Shown here: positions 13,593 to 26,133 of the stretch, one piece after another
Numbering within the stretch: the stretch's first letter is position 1
How the letters are laid out: each line of letters starts with the position of its first letter
DNA from: Eimeria praecox
Lineage: Eukaryota
DNA: 64,000 nt
NCBI GenBank assembly: GCA_963920595.1
Contig: OY986947.1
Location: 1,922,001 to 1,986,000 of the forward strand
Reading direction: 5' to 3'
Position numbers and translations under genes: made by a program
Notes under the pieces: generated by a model
What the model was told of the DNA's origin: nothing
Seen by the model: only the letters and a program-made list of their open reading frames with translations
Databases searched by the model: none

Positions 13593-13942
13593 CATTTGCT
13601 GCCTCATGGAGCAACTTCCTGCTTCTCGCAGCTAGCTGCAGCTAGCTGCCTTCCATCTAGTAGCTGTCGGCTGATCTTGCTAGCTGCAGCTAGCTGTTGC
13701 TGCTGCAGCTAGCTGTATCTGCGGCTAGCTGTAGCTAGTTGCTGTTGCTACAGCTAGCAGCCGTCCCCATTAGCTGCAGCTAGCTGTTGCTGCTGCAACT
13801 AGCTGTGTCTGTAGCTAGCTAGCTGTAGCTAGCTGCTATCAGGTAAGGTGCCTTCTTGAAGGGAGCAGCAGCTAGCTGCTGCATGCGTAATAAAGAATCA
13901 ACTGTCTATTCATCTCTGCTACTTTGTACGAGGCGGGGCTCG

Positions 13943-14145
13943 AAACCCTAAACCCTAAACCCTAAACCCTAAACCCGCCTCTCTTCCCTCCAGGTGTCTG
14001 TTCAGCTACTACAGCATCCTCTATACAATTGCCTTATTAACATATTATCTTTAAAACAAACCCCAACGTCTTACTCTGAATATCAAACCCCCGCCTAACC
14101 CTCCAACTTAAACCCTAAACCCTAAACCCTAAACCCTAAACCCTA
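13943..14145 (+). repeat. Two short interstitial telomere-like tracts (13943-13976, 14109-14145)
   Basis: About 5 copies each of AAACCCT. Confidence 0.95.
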
Positions 14146-14437
14146 GAGAAACAAAACTCTAAACTTATCGGAGAAGGGCTGTGCTCGAAAGCAGTCAGCA
14201 AGCTGCGGAACTAACAAAATATTCTAAACAAAATTGAGACAGCCACGGAAGATATATATATCTAGCTAGCTAGCTAGCTAACCAGCTAGCTTGCCAGCTA
14301 GCTAGCTAGCTAGATAACCAGGGAAACAGATGCAACTGCTGAAGAGGCTGGGGTGTACATGCACCTTCCAGCTACTGCAGCTGGTGTAGCAAGCGATACT
14401 GCTGCTTTAAATGATCTTAGTGGAGCGAGTCGGGCTG

Positions 14438-14444
14438 CTACTGC

Positions 14445-14486
<42 letters not shown>

Positions 14487-14933
14487 ATCCCTTGATGAGG
14501 CGGAAGGGTCTCTGCTGTTAAGTGAAACTGCTGCTGCTGCTGCTGCTGCACGTAATCCCACGTGGTAGGTGTTTGTAGCTGTTGTTGCTTGGCGAATTGC
14601 TGCTGCTGCTGCTGTAGCTGCTGCTGCTGCTGCTGCTGCTGCAGCACATGCTGATACTGCGAAGGCTCAATAAGCAAGAACTCATTATCCTGCAGCAGCG
14701 GCAGGCCCTGAGGCTGCGAGTGGGGTAGCAGCTCGCTGGGGTGTACAAGCAGCAGCTGCTGCGGCTGCTGATGGCTTTGAAGGGCTCCTTGTGAAGCAGT
14801 ATGCAGCTGCAGCAGCTGCTGCTGCTGCAGCTGGCCTAGCAGCTGTTGGTTGTTGAGCAACACCGACTCCAGGGTATCAGGGCTTTGAAAGGGGACACCG
14901 AAAGGGCCTTGCTCATAGTTGCCGCTGCAGCTA

Positions 14934-14971
<38 letters not shown>

Positions 14972-15401
14972 GGGTGTGCTGGTAGCCTGTTGGAGGGGGA
15001 GATAGACAGCAGAGTGCTGCGGTAGGAATGAGCCACTCAGACTATCGTGGCCCCCCGCTTGAAGGCTCCCAAGGGGCCCCCATTGCTGCTGCTGCTGCTG
15101 CTGTTGCTGCTGCTGCAGTTGTTGCTGCTGCTGCGGATACATCGAAGGCGGAAACGAAGGAGGAAGCAGCTGCTGCTCGTGCTGCTGCGGCTGCTGTAAG
15201 GCCTCTCCAGTGTATGGCCACACGGAGGCAGCGACAGCATTTGATGCGTATATGGGTTGAGGCACTACATCTGCTGCTGCTGCTGCTGCCGCTGCTGCTG
15301 CTGCAGCAGCAGCAGCAGCAGCATCTTTTGGAGGCAAAGGAGACACCGAAAACGAAGGCACAGTTAGATGTTGGGATGCTCCTCCTGTAAGTCCTGAGAA
15401 T

Positions 15402-15448
<47 letters not shown>

Positions 15449-15742
15449 TTGCTGCTGCTGCCAGGGGAGACTCAACGGATCCTGGGATGTCGCAGCAGCA
15501 AGAGCTGCAGCAGTAAGGCTGTGGTGGCTGGCGTTGCTGCTGCTTGTATCATGTTGTGGATAGTAAGACAAATTGAGCATACCATCATCTTCCTCTGCTG
15601 CTGCTGCTGCTGCAGCAGCAGCAGCAGCAGCAACGAAAGCCGGATTGTTAACAGCAGGCTGCCCATGCTGATGCGGCCATCTGCCAGACGCTGGTGTGCA
15701 GGGGGGCGGTGTAGCCCACCCTGCAGGCTGCTGCTGCTGATT

Positions 15743-15778
<36 letters not shown>

Positions 15779-15913
15779 CCAGGAAGCAGCAGAAGCAGCA
15801 GCAGCAATGCTCTGTCTGTGGGGCAAAGCACTGCCGTAGAGCATTGCCTCCCCACCCGGGTATAACACTGCAGGGGCAGTGTTACACTTGAGCAACTCCT
15901 TTAGAGCAGCCCT

Positions 15914-15964
<51 letters not shown>

Positions 15965-17092
15965 TTGCTGCTGTCTTGCCTGCTGCAGCGGCTGTTGCTG
16001 CTGCTGCGGAATATCTGGGAGCTGTATCATGGAGTTGTTCCCGCGCAGGGGGCGGACGGTGTGGCAAAGCCGCTGCTGCTGCTGCTGCTGCTGCTGCTGC
16101 AGCTGTTGCTGCTCGCGGGAAGGCTGTGGGGTAAAGGAAGCAGCAGCAGATACCTTGCCTATGGACGTCAGGCGCTTCCAGGCCTCCTGTCTCTCTGCTT
16201 CAAGCTGCTGCTGCAGCAGCGGATCTAGCTGCTGTGTTTCGTAAGAAGGGAGTGTTGTGAGGCTTTGAGACCGGGGCAGCATGCTAGTGTACATCAGCTG
16301 CTGCTGCCGTATCGTGTGTTGCTGCTGCTGCTGCTGCTGGCAAGCGTATTGTGAGGATCTGTGCTGCAGCAAAGGACGCAAGGTGGCCCCCAGTGCTTGA
16401 GGGGGCCCCACACGAACTGCGGGAATAGGGACAGGTGCTGCAGGATCGCCGTACGGGAAGGCAGACTCGCGGGCCCTCATTGACTGCGTAGTAGGACGCA
16501 GCCCAGCAGCAGCAGCACCCCTGCCTTGTTTGCTGCTGCTAGTGGCAGCAGCAGCAGCAGCAGCAGGTGCTGCTGCTGCTGCTGTTGCTGCTCCTGGTGC
16601 GGCTGAGGTGGAGCCTGCAGGAGGCTTAGATCGAGGCAGGATGTAAGAAATGCCGCTGCTGAGGGCGCTCAACACGGCCCCAGATCCCCTACAACACACC
16701 ACATAGAAGAAGAGACAGACAGACACACCTTCTCAAGGGCTGCAGCTGCATATACACCCCATTCTGCCCACAGATGCTTGGTTAGCGCGGTGTGTGCCAC
16801 TATCGCTCAGCCATCGCGGTGTACATACACCACAAATGCTGCATGCACCCGCGCATGCACAAGGCTATCTCTGACAGGACCCAGGGGCAATTTCTTGGGT
16901 TTTGCAATGCGTGCATGCTGCATGCATGCATGCATGCATGCATGCATGCACGCATTTGTAGTGTACGTACAGCTGCAGCTGCCAGTGTGTGCATGCATGC
17001 ATGCATGCAGTCGCATGCATGTCTTCAAGGGAATGAGGATGTGTACGTGTATGCTCGTGCACCGAAGCTGTGCTGCTGTACCACGCGCGTAT

Positions 17093-17130
<38 letters not shown>

Positions 17131-17374
17131 CTGCTGCTGCTGGTGCTGTTGCAGCTCGTGTCAGTCCGGTGCATGCACTTACTTATCTAACTGATCTAGA
17201 ATGTTTTCAACAACTGCGGCTCCATGTTTGTCGGCTACCTTCTCCACTGCCTCTGCCGCTCGTGCTGCTGCTGCTCTTGCTGCTCCCTCCCCTGCACTTG
17301 CTAGGTGTCTCAGCGTCAAATGTAGCCCCGCTGCTGCGGCCTCTCTCGCTGCTGTAGCAAAGGCCAAGCCCATG

Positions 17375-17405
<31 letters not shown>

Positions 17406-18390
17406 AAGCTGTGGAGGGGGCTTCCCAAAGCTGCTTCGGCATGCCATCCGTCTGCTGCCGCTGCTGCTGCTTGTGCTGCAGCAAAGCCCCGTCCGCGCTG
17501 CATGCAGGCGTGGCACTGTGGCTTCTAACAGAAGAAGAAGGGCGAGAGGCTGAGGTGTTGTCTCTCCCCTGCATGGTGTCTCTTGAAGAAGCTACAGCTG
17601 TGCTGCTTGCGCTGCTAGTCAATCGCGTACAGTCCGCAGTGCTGCTGCTGCTGCTGCTGCTGTTGTTGTTGCTGCTGGTGCTGTGGGGTGTTGGTGGTTG
17701 ACACAGCCGCAACTGGGGTGGAGGGCGATGCATCGTCTTAAGAAACACAAGGGGGTGCTGCGGCAGCAGATCGCTGCTGCTGTCTGAGGGAAGTGTCTGC
17801 AGCAGAAAATGATCGAGACCAGCAGCTGCCTGCGACGGAGACAGACACAGAGACAGAGACAGACACCAGAAACCCATACACTGGAGAAGGAGACAAGCTT
17901 AGAGAGAGCAGCAAGCGAGGGCGATATGAGTCGGCGTGCTCCTGAAGCTGTAACAGCAGCAGCAGCAGTAGCAGCAGGAACAGCATCAGCAGCAGGAACC
18001 GCATCAGCAGCAGCAGGAACAGGATCAGCAGCAGCAGCAGCACGATCAGCAGCAGCAGCAGGATCAGCAGCAGCAGGAACAGGATCAGCAGCTGCTGCAG
18101 CAGTAGGATCAGCAGCAGCAGCAGCAGGAACAGGATCAGCAGCAGCAGCAGCAGTAGGATCATCATCAGCAGCAGCAGGAACAGGATCAGCAGCAGCAGC
18201 AGCAGCAGCAGTAGGATCATCATCATCAGCAGCAGGAACAGGATCAGCAGCAGGGCCTTCTTCTGCTGCTCACCTTTACTATTTTTCTGTGTGGGACGTG
18301 AATCCTACAGGCCCCTCTCAACCGCTGCCTTCGGCTCTTATCAGCCCAGAAGCGGGGGGCGACAGTTGCTGCAGCTTTCTTCCAGGATTC

Positions 18391-18441
<51 letters not shown>

Positions 18442-18750
18442 TTGCTGTTGGCTGTTGAGATGAAGGGACAGCAGCTGCTGCTGCACACAGCCGTCTCCTA
18501 GTGCAACAAGGTCACCTCCCTCTGTAAACAGCAGCAGACGAGCCCCTTCAGCAGCAAAGGATACACTACAGAGCCCCACGCGCATGTTCTTTGTAGGCAG
18601 CTCATTATCTTTTGAAAATGTATCTTCTTCTATTAACTCAAAAAGAGATGGAGAAACAGAAGAAAACTCGGCGGAGTCCTCCCTGCACAGACACCCCAGC
18701 AGAAGCTAACAAACTTTAATCTACCCAGAGAAGATGCACAACAAACTCTG

Positions 18751-18791
<41 letters not shown>

Positions 18792-18792
18792 G

Positions 18793-18873
<81 letters not shown>

Positions 18874-18897
18874 GCATATAAATATAAATGTAAACAA

Positions 18898-18969
<72 letters not shown>

Positions 18970-19135
18970 TACATATAAACATCTAGATATAGACATAAGT
19001 AGATATATGGAGGCTTAAGCTGCTCCTCACCCTGAAACAAAAGACTGCAAATCGCCCCACAGCCACAAATCTCCAGACTCCGAGAGAGCAGCACTCGTAA
19101 TGCCACCTGCAGCAATCTGTTTTATATGTGGCATT

Positions 19136-19173
<38 letters not shown>

Positions 19174-19828
19174 CTGCTGCTGTTGCTGGAGGGTCTCTCC
19201 TCCGCTGACAGGTAAAGAAAGGCGGGCTGGTGGCGCACACGTTGTTGCTGCTGTTTCTGTTTCTGTTGTTGCTGCAAGTCCGAGGCAGTTGTTGGTGTTG
19301 CTGCCCCAGCAATACAGAGATTGCGGGGGTCTTTGGCTGTCTCCTTCGATCTGCTGCTGTCTTGTTCTACCTAAGGAGACAGTATGAAGAGACCCGCATG
19401 CAATCTGAGAGAAATAAATAAGAGAATGAGTATATACACTCCCTACTATATCTTCCTTCCCAAGTAGATTTAAGAAGCCAGCAGCATCTGCCACTGACAC
19501 CGTCGCGCTAGCTCCTCCTGCAGGAGTGTAGCCTAGACCAAGCCAGCCCTGAGACCCTTTGTTGCTGCTGCTGCTGCTGCTGCTGCTGTTGCTGTTGCTG
19601 CTGCTACTATTGTTGTCGCTGCTTGCAGCAACGAGGGAGTAAATAAGGGTGAGAGAGCTCAATGGCATGCGAGAGAGGTCTAGCAGCAGCAGCTGCTGGG
19701 GAGACAGGATTGTCTCTGTCTCTCTAGAGAAGCCACACTGACCATGGCTGTTGCTGCCCCATACAAAGAGACAGCCTTCTGCTGTCAGAGCTGCAACATG
19801 CGAATTCCCACAGGCTACCTGCAGCAGA

Positions 19829-19861
<33 letters not shown>

Positions 19862-20360
19862 ATCTGCTGCTGCATCTGCTGCTGCTGTTTGGCTGCAAGT
19901 ACAGAAACAAAGAGGTCAGGAGACACTGCAGCAGGCTGATATCTGCTGCGGAGGTCTCCAAGTCCTAATACGCCATTCGCGTTGTTGCCCCAAGTGTATA
20001 GACACCCCGATGTAGTTAGTGCAGCACAGAAATCAGGCCCGCAGCAAACAGCAGCAAATGAAGCAGCAGAATGCGAAGGGCCTTTACAAAGGAAGGGAGC
20101 ACCCCCGCTGTCTCCGAGGAGAGCCGGTAAGAAGGTCTGCTTTCCTCTCTGTTGCTGCTGCTGCTGCTGCTGCTGCTCCTGATCATGAGAAGCTGCTGCT
20201 GCTGCTGCTGCTGCTGGTGCTTCTGTTGCCGCTGCTGCTGCTGCTGCTGCATTACAAAGAGCTGGAAACTCGAGCCAGGAGAAGCGAAGGGAGTCTTTGA
20301 GCCCGTAGTCCCTTGTGTGGTCTGCAGGGTGTCTCCGCACGGCACCGCTGCTGTCTGCGC

Positions 20361-20401
<41 letters not shown>

Positions 20402-21854
20402 ATTTGGCTAAGCTCTACATCATCTACGCAATCATCAAGGGACCCCCAGGCAAACAGAAGGCCGTCAGACGTAACTGCTGCGCTGTAGTGGAGGCCTGCA
20501 GAGACACTGCGGACAGCCCCCGGCAGAGCCACCACTTGCTGCGGCTGGCAACAAAACCTGCAGCAGCAACAGCAGCAACAAAGCAGCAGCACGAAGCAGC
20601 AGCAGGAGCGCATAAACAGAGGCAGCAGCAACATATACTACGACAGCAGCGCCAGACCGAGCCTCCCTTGAGGAGGCGCATCGAAGTAGCAGTGGTAGCA
20701 GCAGCAGCAGCAACGAGTAAGAAAGAGCAGCAGCAGCAGCGGTAACAATGATGGAGCAGCAGCAGCAGCAGCAGCAGCAGTAGCAGTGAGGAAGCAACAG
20801 CAGCAGCAGCAGCAGTCAGCACCCACCAAACGTCGGTGCCTCGTGCTGCTCTAACAAAGTTGTCTCTCTCTTCTAATACAGGATCAACAGGGAAGTACGC
20901 AGCCTCTCCGAGGCCAAGGGCCCCCTTTTCATTTAACCCGCATGCATGCAGCAGCGGCTGTCTCTGCTGTTGCCACTGCAGCCACTGCAGCACATGCTCG
21001 CAGCTTTCTCCTCTCAGTACATAAGGAGACAGACACGCCGCCTCCTCTTCCCCATACACACCCGGAACCCCATAGATTGAGCCTGCTGCTGTTTTTGTTT
21101 TAACTGCAGCTGTTGAAGCCCCAGCAGAGAGGGCAGCTGCTCCGGCAGCTGCAGCAGGAGCTGCTGCAGCAGGAGCTGCTGCAGCAGAAGCTGCAGCAGC
21201 ACTCCCGGTGACTGCCGCCACAGCCCATTCTGCTGCAGGGTCTCCTTGATCTCCCCTCGGGCAGACAGCTGAGGCCCAGTGAATGACGGGGGCCCCCAAT
21301 CTTCTGATGTTGTAGAGAACGACAGCGCAGGCAACGTGAGGCTGCAGCAGAGGGTCAGGAAGATGACAGTGTCGGTGCTCAGGGTATTTTGGGGTGTACG
21401 TACACCCGAAGAGTCGCGAGGCTTGTTCGTGCTGTTTTCTAGCAAGGGGAGATGTGGGATGGACTGATTCTGACGGCACCAGGACTGCTGGCTTTTGTTG
21501 CTGTTGCTGCGCAGCTGTAGGACTGCTGCTAGCCAAAGCAGCAGCAGCCGCAGCAGCAGCAGCAGCAGTGGCAGCAGCAGCAGCACCATTGTCTCCCAGC
21601 AACCCAGGGAAGCCCTTGCAGTCCGTAGGAAGTACTCTCTTATCTACAGAAAGAAGAGGCAGCAGAGGAATATGACGAGGGACGAGATGAGGGGGCCCCA
21701 CAGGCAACGGGCAGACACTGAGTCTCAGGCGAAGCACACGCAAGAGGTCCGTATACACCCCAACACGGGCGGTTGCTGCTGCTGCTGTCTCCACAAAACA
21801 GTTGAGGATTTCGTTCTTGCTGCTGCCGTTGCTGCTGATGCTGCTGCTACTCAT
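14438..21854 (-). CDS. RCC1-repeat (regulator of chromosome condensation-like beta-propeller) protein with long poly-Q C-terminus, 5 exons
   Basis: RCC1 motifs: '[24 protein letters not shown]', '[32 protein letters not shown]', '[30 protein letters not shown]', '[24 protein letters not shown]', and '[14 protein letters not shown]' formed across a splice. Approximate exons 21854-20827, 20557-19031, 18682-~18274, ~17829-17183, 16688-14438 have compatible GT-AG phases. Start codon choice uncertain. Confidence 0.85.
16838..17020. repeat. (TGCA)n / TGCATGCA palindromic octamer cluster in an intron
   Basis: catgcatgcatgcatgcatgcatgcatgca at ~16921-16950 plus flanking copies; TGCATGCA is a known abundant apicomplexan motif. 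Confidence 0.9.
18752..18965. repeat. (TA)n and (TATC)n intronic microsatellites
   Basis: Directly visible within the RCC1-gene intron 18683-19030. Confidence 0.9.
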
Positions 21855-22024
21855 GGCAGCATCCGGGACTGCGCAGCTGCAGTACGTCATCAGCAGCAGC
21901 AGCCAGCTCAAGACAGAAGCAAAGGGGTGCCCCGCTCCCTCTGTCAGCAGAGCAGACACAGCAGCAGCAGAACAGAAAGCAAAAGAAGCTGATTACCTCG
22001 AACCTTCAGAGCCAGCTACAGCAA

Positions 22025-22059
<35 letters not shown>

Positions 22060-22608
22060 GCAGGGAGGAGCAGCAGGCGTGTACTTGCCTTCAAACAAGG
22101 GACACCCGTAGTGTCTCTGCAGCAAATCAAGGGATGCCATAAGCCGTCTCTTCGCTGAGGCAGCAAACCCACGTCTTAGTCGACAGAGGCCCCTGAAGAA
22201 GACACACAAAACCCCACAGTGCTGCTATATTCAGCTGCTTCTACAGCAGCTAGCCACTTACATTGATGGATAGCTCCCTAGCTACCTGCCCTCAACCTTC
22301 ATAGCTAGCTAGCTGCTAGCTGTGTGTTTATCTGTCTACCTCCTAAACAGCCTTCGAGCCTCCTTACCACAAGTACTCTACCTCGAGAGCTTGATACCTA
22401 CGTAGGCACCTAGCTAGCCGCGGCAAAAGCTAGCTAGTTGCGTAGCTAGCTAGCTATACGTGTAGCTAGCTATACGTGTAGCTAGCTAGCTACACGTGTA
22501 GCTAGCTGTTTCTCTAAAAGGCCTCCTTATACAGGGTTTCATTCGGTCTGCAGCTGCCATGAGGAAGTCTGTGGCTATGACTAGCTACATGAAAGAAGGT
22601 GGGGCAGC

Positions 22609-22803
22609 TCACAGAACAGCAGCAAGAAGAGACCCCTGGGGGCCCCTCGGGGGGCCCTCCAAACGAAGCCCTTCAACGGCGTTTGATAAGGCCGCGAAGA
22701 TGCTGAGTTGATGCTGCCGCAGACTGCTGCCTGGGGCACAGAAGCCACCATCTAATCCAAAGGGAACAACTAATCGAGCCCCATCCCCATCTCCTGAAGC
22801 TGC

Positions 22804-22835
<32 letters not shown>

Positions 22836-24656
22836 GTGTTGCTGCTGCTGCTGGTGTTGCTGCTGCTGCCCCCGCTTGTCTTGCTATCGAAGGGAAGTCA
22901 GCCTGCTGCTGCTCAGGAAGCCCTGAAAATCCTAGCCAACTGTCGAACTGCAGCAGCAGCAACATGAGCAGCCGCAGCAAATGATCGTCTGCTGCAGCGG
23001 AGACGCCATCAAGGCGTCGCCCGAGAATATATACTTGTTGCTGCTGTGGTTGCTGCTGCTGCTGCTGCTGCTGGTGCTGCTGCTGGTGCCGCTGCCTGCG
23101 GTATACCTTCCATAGCTCGGGCTCTGGGGGAGCCACGGCACGCAGCAACAGCTGGCAGAGAGGGCCCCCTCTGAGGGTTGCAGGCACAGCAGCAAGGAAT
23201 TCAGGGCTTAGAATATGTGTCACAGCTTCTGTCTGGGGGCCCCTAAGGGGGGCCCTCAACGGGTGCAGCAGGGGCACCGTAAGGTCGTGGGTGGCAGGAG
23301 GAGAGGGATGCGAGAGTCGTCTCCTCCTGAAGGGGAGGGCAGAGGCTGCTGCGGCCCCTGGGGCCCCCAACCATCCCCAATCCAGCAGGGGGGCCCCCAC
23401 GAGACACCCTTCTTCGGGTGCAGCAGCACAAGAAGGGCTTAGGGGGCTGCGTGGGCTAGCAGGCTGCAGCACCAGCTCAGCAAGCAGCAAAACAGAGACA
23501 CATGCCGTAACACACGGCAGCGGGGACTTCACCGCTACGCGGCCCCACAGAAGACAGCCTGCAGCTCCTTTGTTTTCGTCTGCTGCGGTGAGCCCTGTTG
23601 TTGCTGTTGTTGCTGCTGCTGCTGTTGTTGTTGCTGCTCTTCCCGTTGCTGCAGGTGCAGCAACGCATACCCGAGAAGCAGGCGCGTAGCGGCAGCTAGG
23701 GAGCGCGTGCTGCTGCTGCTGCAGCTCGACCAACAAAACAGATGGATTCTTGAGAGCAGCAGAGAGACAGCACCGCAGCAACACAGATAACGGCAGCAGC
23801 ATAGAGCTAAACGCATCAGCACGCAGGAGAGAAGCTGCAAGAGACAAGGAGACACGTCGGTGAAATAGCAGCAAGCAACTCCCACAGACACCCTCTTCAG
23901 TTCGCGCGATTTCTGCTGCGTCTGTTGCTGCTGCTGCTGCTGCTGCTGTTGTTGTTGTTGCTGCTGTTGCTGAGGATGATGATTCCTCCTGCTGCAGCAG
24001 CCGCTGAGCCTCGCGTGAAAACGCCCACAAAGCGGCACAGGTTGAGAAGTGCTGGCATACAGCAGCAGGGCTGCAGCAGCAGCAAGCAACTTGTTGCTCA
24101 TACCGCAGCACTCTGTGGAGACACTTCCCTAGTAAAATGCATGCAGTTGCAGTTGCTAGGACCTGCGCACTGCTGCTACAAGAGATCTGCTGCCGCTGTT
24201 CCTCCTGAGCAGCAGCAGCAGCTGCTGCTGCTGCTGCTGCTTCAGTGCCTTCGCCCCACTCAGATATATGCGGCGCTTCCTGGTGCAGCAGCAACAGCAA
24301 CTCATCTAGCAGCAGCCACAGGCCAACACCAGCAGAGAGACCTCCTTGTCTTAGTGCAGCCTGTATTGTGGGGCCGTCCGTGTGGGGCAGCTGCCGCTGC
24401 AGCAGGGCCTCTGCTACAGCCCTGGCGCGCCTTCTCATGCCGCTGCTGTTGTCACTGCTGCTGCTGCTGTTGCTGCTGCTGTTGCTGCCAGAGGGTCTGC
24501 AGGATAGGGTGTATTTAACACAAGCCTTAGGCAGCACGGCAAGCGTGGCAGATTCTATCGGGGCCCCCGCAGATGTAGGGACAGTCCCCTTCGAGGTCCA
24601 GACGTAAGACTCTCCAGTGACGAAGTCTGCTGCGGGTGTCTCCTCCTCAGAGCTGT

Positions 24657-24690
<34 letters not shown>

Positions 24691-25059
24691 CCACGTGGGG
24701 GGAGCGGCTGCAACCCTACAACGATGGCAGAAAGCCTTCGTGCTGCCGCTGCTGCCGCTGCTGCTGCTGCTGCTGCTGCTACAGAGATGCTCTTGTCTTG
24801 CTCCTGTTGAAGCACTGCAGCAGCACGAGTGCTGGAAGACATGGGGGCAGTGATGAATCGGCTGCCAGTTGTGCTGCTGCTGCTGGCGTTTACTATCACC
24901 AGCAGAGGATGAACCTGATTCTGCTGCTGCTGCTGCTGCTGCTGCTTCTGCTGCTGCAAGGAAGGCCTGCTGCCTTTGCTTCTGCGTCGCTGCTGCAGAC
25001 ACCTTCATCGGCACGAACGAAGGGAGCGCATTGTTGGCCTCATATACAAGACCCCACAC

Positions 25060-25090
<31 letters not shown>

Positions 25091-25703
25091 CCCCACTGGT
25101 GGGGTTCTTCTTTGCTCCCTTGGATGCTTAAGAGGCGCTGCTGCAGCATCCAGACAGCATCTCCTGCAGCCTCAAGTGCTGCAGCCTCCGAGCACAAGAG
25201 CCCCGTAAAGGCAGCAGCTGTGTGGGGTAGTGGCGGCAATGGGTCTGTGAGTGCCAAAGGAACCACCAGTTCGTGTTGCTGCTGCTGCTGCTGCTGCTGT
25301 TGCTGCTGCAACGGATCATATACGCTGGCGCATACATCGCCGCCCTCTGCTGTTGGTGCTGCTGCAGCAGCTTCCCCGCGATCCGCTGAGAGGTGCTGCA
25401 TGCAGCGAGGCAGCAGCAGCGGACCCCCTTGAAGATGCTGCTGTTGTATGGGGCAGACAAAGAAGCAAAGGCCCCCGCACTCCAGCAACAGAAACAAGGG
25501 TGACAGTGCAATCTCCTGCTGCCGCCATAGTGCTGCTGCTGCTGCTCGCTGCTCCTGCTGCAGCTGCTGCCACATTCTGCTGCTGCTGATCTGCTGGATC
25601 AACACGCCCTGTATGCATACGCCCTGCTGCAGCAGATCCCGCAGGCGTCGCCGGTAGGATTTAAGGAGTGCTGCATCGCTGCTGCTGCTGCTATTGCTGA
25701 TAG

Positions 25704-25743
<40 letters not shown>

Positions 25744-26101
25744 AGCATCGAAGAGCTGCTTGAAGTCCGAGAGGAAAAGGAGAGTGCTGGCCTTTCGTGC
25801 AGATGCACATACACTGAAGAGGCTCATCCCCCCCAGATCATTATCGGGGTCTCCTTCGTCGCTAGGCGAAGCTCCTGCTGCTGCATAGCCAGCACTAGAA
25901 GCTGTGGTGGATGCTGCAGCAGCAGCAGCAGCAGCTGCTGCTGCTGCGGTTACAGAGGAGCCAGCAGCTGAGGTGGCAGGCGTCAGCTGCTGCTGCTGCT
26001 GCTGCTGGTGGTACATCCACTTATCGATGCTGCGGCTGCGTAGGCGTCGAAAGGTAGAGGCAAGGCCTTGCCGACTCAGGCTTCGGACGACGGAGCCGCT
26101 A

Positions 26102-26133
<32 letters not shown>

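Noticed and set aside
17809..18501. Plus-strand ORF with repeated 'AAAGTGS' units
   Set aside because: It is antisense to the RCC1 gene and largely within an intron made of a compound CAG-derived minisatellite.
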